NCBI RefSeq assembly: GCF_001457615.1
Contig: NZ_LN831024.1
Span: forward strand, 3,480,001-3,512,000
DNA length: 32,000 nt
Direction: 5' to 3'
From: Pseudomonas aeruginosa
GTDB lineage: Bacteria; Pseudomonadota; Gammaproteobacteria; Pseudomonadales; Pseudomonadaceae
Part shown: one piece after another, positions 26,567 through 32,000 of the stretch
Numbering within the stretch: position 1 is the stretch's first letter
Layout of the letters: each line of letters begins with the position of its first letter
Program-made: the position numbers and the translations under genes
Notes under the pieces: generated by a model
Databases searched by the model: none
Told to the model about the DNA's origin: nothing
What the model saw: the letters and a program-made list of their open reading frames with translations, nothing else

Positions 26567-26646
26567 TGGTCCGACCACCCCCGGCCGGAAAGCCCCTGCC
26601 TTTGTTATGCTTTTCACCTTTCCGCCCACTGACGCCAGGTCCATCC

Positions 26647-30351
<3,705 letters not shown>

Positions 30352-30365
30352 CCAGGAAGGCGACG

Positions 30366-30728
30366 ATGAAATTCCTCACTCCCGAGCAGATGGAAAAGCC
30401 GCGCAAGCGCCGCCTGCGCAAGAAACTGCGCCTGGGCGAGTTCCAGGAGTTCGGCTTCAGCTTCGAACTGACCTACGACCGCAACGCCCTCTCCCACGAC
30501 GATGCGCTGGACCATCTGATCGACTTCGTCGAGGCCCAGGGCTGGGTGTTCGGCGGTGGCGGCTCGCCGGAACAGGCGGAGATCAGCGGCTACCTGTGCC
30601 TGGCGCGGGTCGGCAGCCTGGACGAGGCGGACCGGGAAAGCGCCCGCCTGTGGCTGGAAGCCCAACCCTGGTGCAAGACCTTCGAGGTCGGCCCGTTGAG
30701 CGACTGCTGGCACAACTTCTTCGAGTGA
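30366..30728 (+). CDS. yggL: YggL-family (DUF469) 50S ribosome-associated protein
   Basis: 120 aa. RKRRLRKKLRLGEFQEFGFSFELTY...LIDFVEAQGWVFGGGGS is characteristic of YggL. GGAAGG lies upstream of the ATG, which is 14 nt after the metH stop. Confidence 0.85.
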   Translation: MKFLTPEQMEKPRKRRLRKKLRLGEFQEFGFSFELTYDRNALSHDDALDHLIDFVEAQGWVFGGGGSPEQAEISGYLCLARVGSLDEADRESARLWLEAQPWCKTFEVGPLSDCWHNFFE

Positions 30729-30779
30729 AACCGGCGCCGGCACGACCTGGCCTGGCGCCGGCAGGCGCGAAGCTGCGAC

Positions 30780-31277
30780 CTACACCCGGATCAGGCGCGG
30801 TTCATGCCCCGTGTGGGCGAGGAAAGCCAGCAGGTCTGCGTAGCGGATGCACTCGGTGGCGGTATTCACCAACGGGTGGAAACCGAGCAACTGGTCCTGG
30901 CGGATGGCATCGTCGAGCAACACCTCGACCCTGTGCTGCGGATCGTTGACCAGCGCGAAAGGCGTCACGCAGCCCAGTTCGACGCCGAGGTATTCGCGCA
31001 GGCGCTCGACCGAGGCGAACGACAGGCGGCTTTCGCCGATCTGTTCGGCGATGCCCGGCAGGTCGGCCTCCTTGCGCTCGTCGAGCAGCACCAGGTAGTG
31101 GCGAGTACCCTTGCGGTTGCGCAGGAACAGGTTCTTGATGCCCTGGTCGGGCAATTCGATGCCCTGCGCGTAATATTCCTCGATGGAGGCGATCGCGGGA
31201 TGCTCGACCCGCTGGCTGTCGATGGCCAGCTCGCGGAGCAACGCCAGAAGCGCCTGCTCGTCCATTTTCGCACTCAT
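30780..31277 (-). CDS. YbaK/ProX-like aminoacyl-tRNA editing (trans-deacylase) domain protein
   Basis: 165 aa. The pattern ...IKNLFLRNRKGTRHYLVLL...LGVELGCVTPFALVND...FHPLVNTAT is typical of the YbaK/EbsC/ProX INS-like editing fold. Confidence 0.8.
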   Translation of the reverse strand: MSAKMDEQALLALLRELAIDSQRVEHPAIASIEEYYAQGIELPDQGIKNLFLRNRKGTRHYLVLLDERKEADLPGIAEQIGESRLSFASVERLREYLGVELGCVTPFALVNDPQHRVEVLLDDAIRQDQLLGFHPLVNTATECIRYADLLAFLAHTGHEPRLIRV

Positions 31278-31290
31278 GGGACGCGCGCCC

Positions 31291-31593
31291 TCAGGTGAAC
31301 TGCGAACCGGAACGGCGCACGAACTTGATCGACCACTTGAAGTTCGGCTTGCGCGTCACGCTGATCGGGCGCCGGGTCACGGTATCGATGGTGATGTTCC
31401 AGAACCCGGTGCTGGGCACCTTGATCTTCGCCGGGAAGCGGTCGAAGGCGCCGCCATGGTAGCTATGCCGCCCGCCATTCTTGAAACTGCGGAAATTGGC
31501 GTCGTTCATCAGGCGGATATTGCATTGCTGCGAGCACTCGATGACCACGATGTCGTCTTCGTTGAGGTGTTCGCGCTGGTGGACGAATTTCAT
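31291..31593 (-). CDS. DUF1883-like small protein
   Basis: I prefer ATG 31593 (MKFVHQREHLNEDDIVVIECSQQCNIRLMNDANFRSFKNGGRHSYHGGAFDRFPAKIKVPSTGFWNITID, 100 aa). It sits 13 nt upstream of the YbaK-like gene on the same strand. The family assignment is from memory. Confidence 0.7.
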   Translation of the reverse strand: MKFVHQREHLNEDDIVVIECSQQCNIRLMNDANFRSFKNGGRHSYHGGAFDRFPAKIKVPSTGFWNITIDTVTRRPISVTRKPNFKWSIKFVRRSGSQFT

Positions 31594-31690
31594 GGAACGG
31601 TTCCGTTGCTGCGGTGGAGCGGAGCGCAACGATAGCACGTCGGCGCCGGCCATACCGCCTCATGACGGGCAATGGTAGGATGCGCGCCCC

Positions 31691-32000
31691 ATGCGTAGCC
31701 AAGACCTCCACCAGCGCCTCGCCGATCTCGGCGCCAAGCCCCTGCATTGCGGGAGGATCGTCCGCGCCTGGCTGCAGGGCCGCGCCCTCGATGCCTGCAC
31801 CGCCCGCCAGCGGGCCGAGGACTTCCTGCCGCTGGGCGTACGCCATGGTCTGCCCCAGGTAGCAGCGGAACTGGAAGGCATCGCCCGCCTGCACAGCGAG
31901 CATCCGGCGAGCGACGGCTCGTCGCGCCTGCTGGTGGAACTGGCCGACCGTCAGATGGTGGAAAGCGTGCTGCTGCCGCGCGGTGGGCTGTGCGTCTCGA
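31691..32000 (+). CDS. RlmN/Cfr-family radical SAM RNA methyltransferase paralogue, N-terminal 103 codons (runs off the right edge)
   Basis: Not in the ORF track because it has no in-window stop. Manual translation from ATG 31691 gives MRSQDLHQRLADLGAKPLHCGRIVRAWLQGRALD...HPASDGSSRLLVELADRQMVESVLLPRGGLCVS. This matches the RlmN/Cfr N-terminal domain and the lead-in to the CVSSQxGC radical SAM motif. Confidence 0.65.
   Translation, partial: MRSQDLHQRLADLGAKPLHCGRIVRAWLQGRALDACTARQRAEDFLPLGVRHGLPQVAAELEGIARLHSEHPASDGSSRLLVELADRQMVESVLLPRGGLCVS

Noticed and set aside
26414-26646. A possible cobalamin or SAH riboswitch in the metH leader. CUGCGAC...AACGGCGCC at about 26489-26514 recalls parts of the SAH element.
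   Set aside because: I could not find the 5' GAGGAGCGC strand, the P4 hairpin or the pseudoknot partners of the SAH motif, and there is no B12-box-like sequence. The matching pieces are short and GC-rich, so they are likely chance. A covariance-model scan (SAH_riboswitch, Cobalamin) would settle it.

Overview
High-GC (about 66%) Pseudomonas-type chromosomal DNA. From memory, gene content and order match the P. aeruginosa PAO1 region PA1868 to PA1839 read in reverse orientation; I could not verify this by search. I call 31 protein-coding genes and found no rRNA, tRNA, CRISPR array, IS element or prophage. Left to right: an orphan type II secretion GspD/GspC pair (xqhA, truncated by the window edge, and xphA); a small ORF absent from my recollection of the annotation; an overlapping FAN1-like VRR-NUC nuclease plus PD-(D/E)XK-XPD/DinG Fe-S helicase operon; a RutR-like TetR regulator; modABC; a SAM methyltransferase divergent from a LysR regulator plus APH(6)-like kinase; a DUF808 membrane protein; orphan cbb3 oxidase subunits ccoN4-ccoQ4; an HPP-CBS membrane protein; a LysR regulator; a small protein; a GGDEF cyclase; a GlxA/AraC, DUF1272 and MFS operon; nfuA; cti; the type VI effector/immunity pair tsi1-tse1; metH; yggL; a YbaK-like deacylase; a DUF1883 protein; and the 5' end of an RlmN/Cfr-like radical SAM gene. 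Most system-like loci: the orphan Tsi1-Tse1 pair, which is already described, and the FAN1 nuclease / nuclease-helicase module, whose cellular role is to my knowledge unresolved. Nearly every real gene is shadowed by a long antisense ORF, the usual high-GC artefact. Start codons were refined by hand where the ORF track gave N-terminal extensions.
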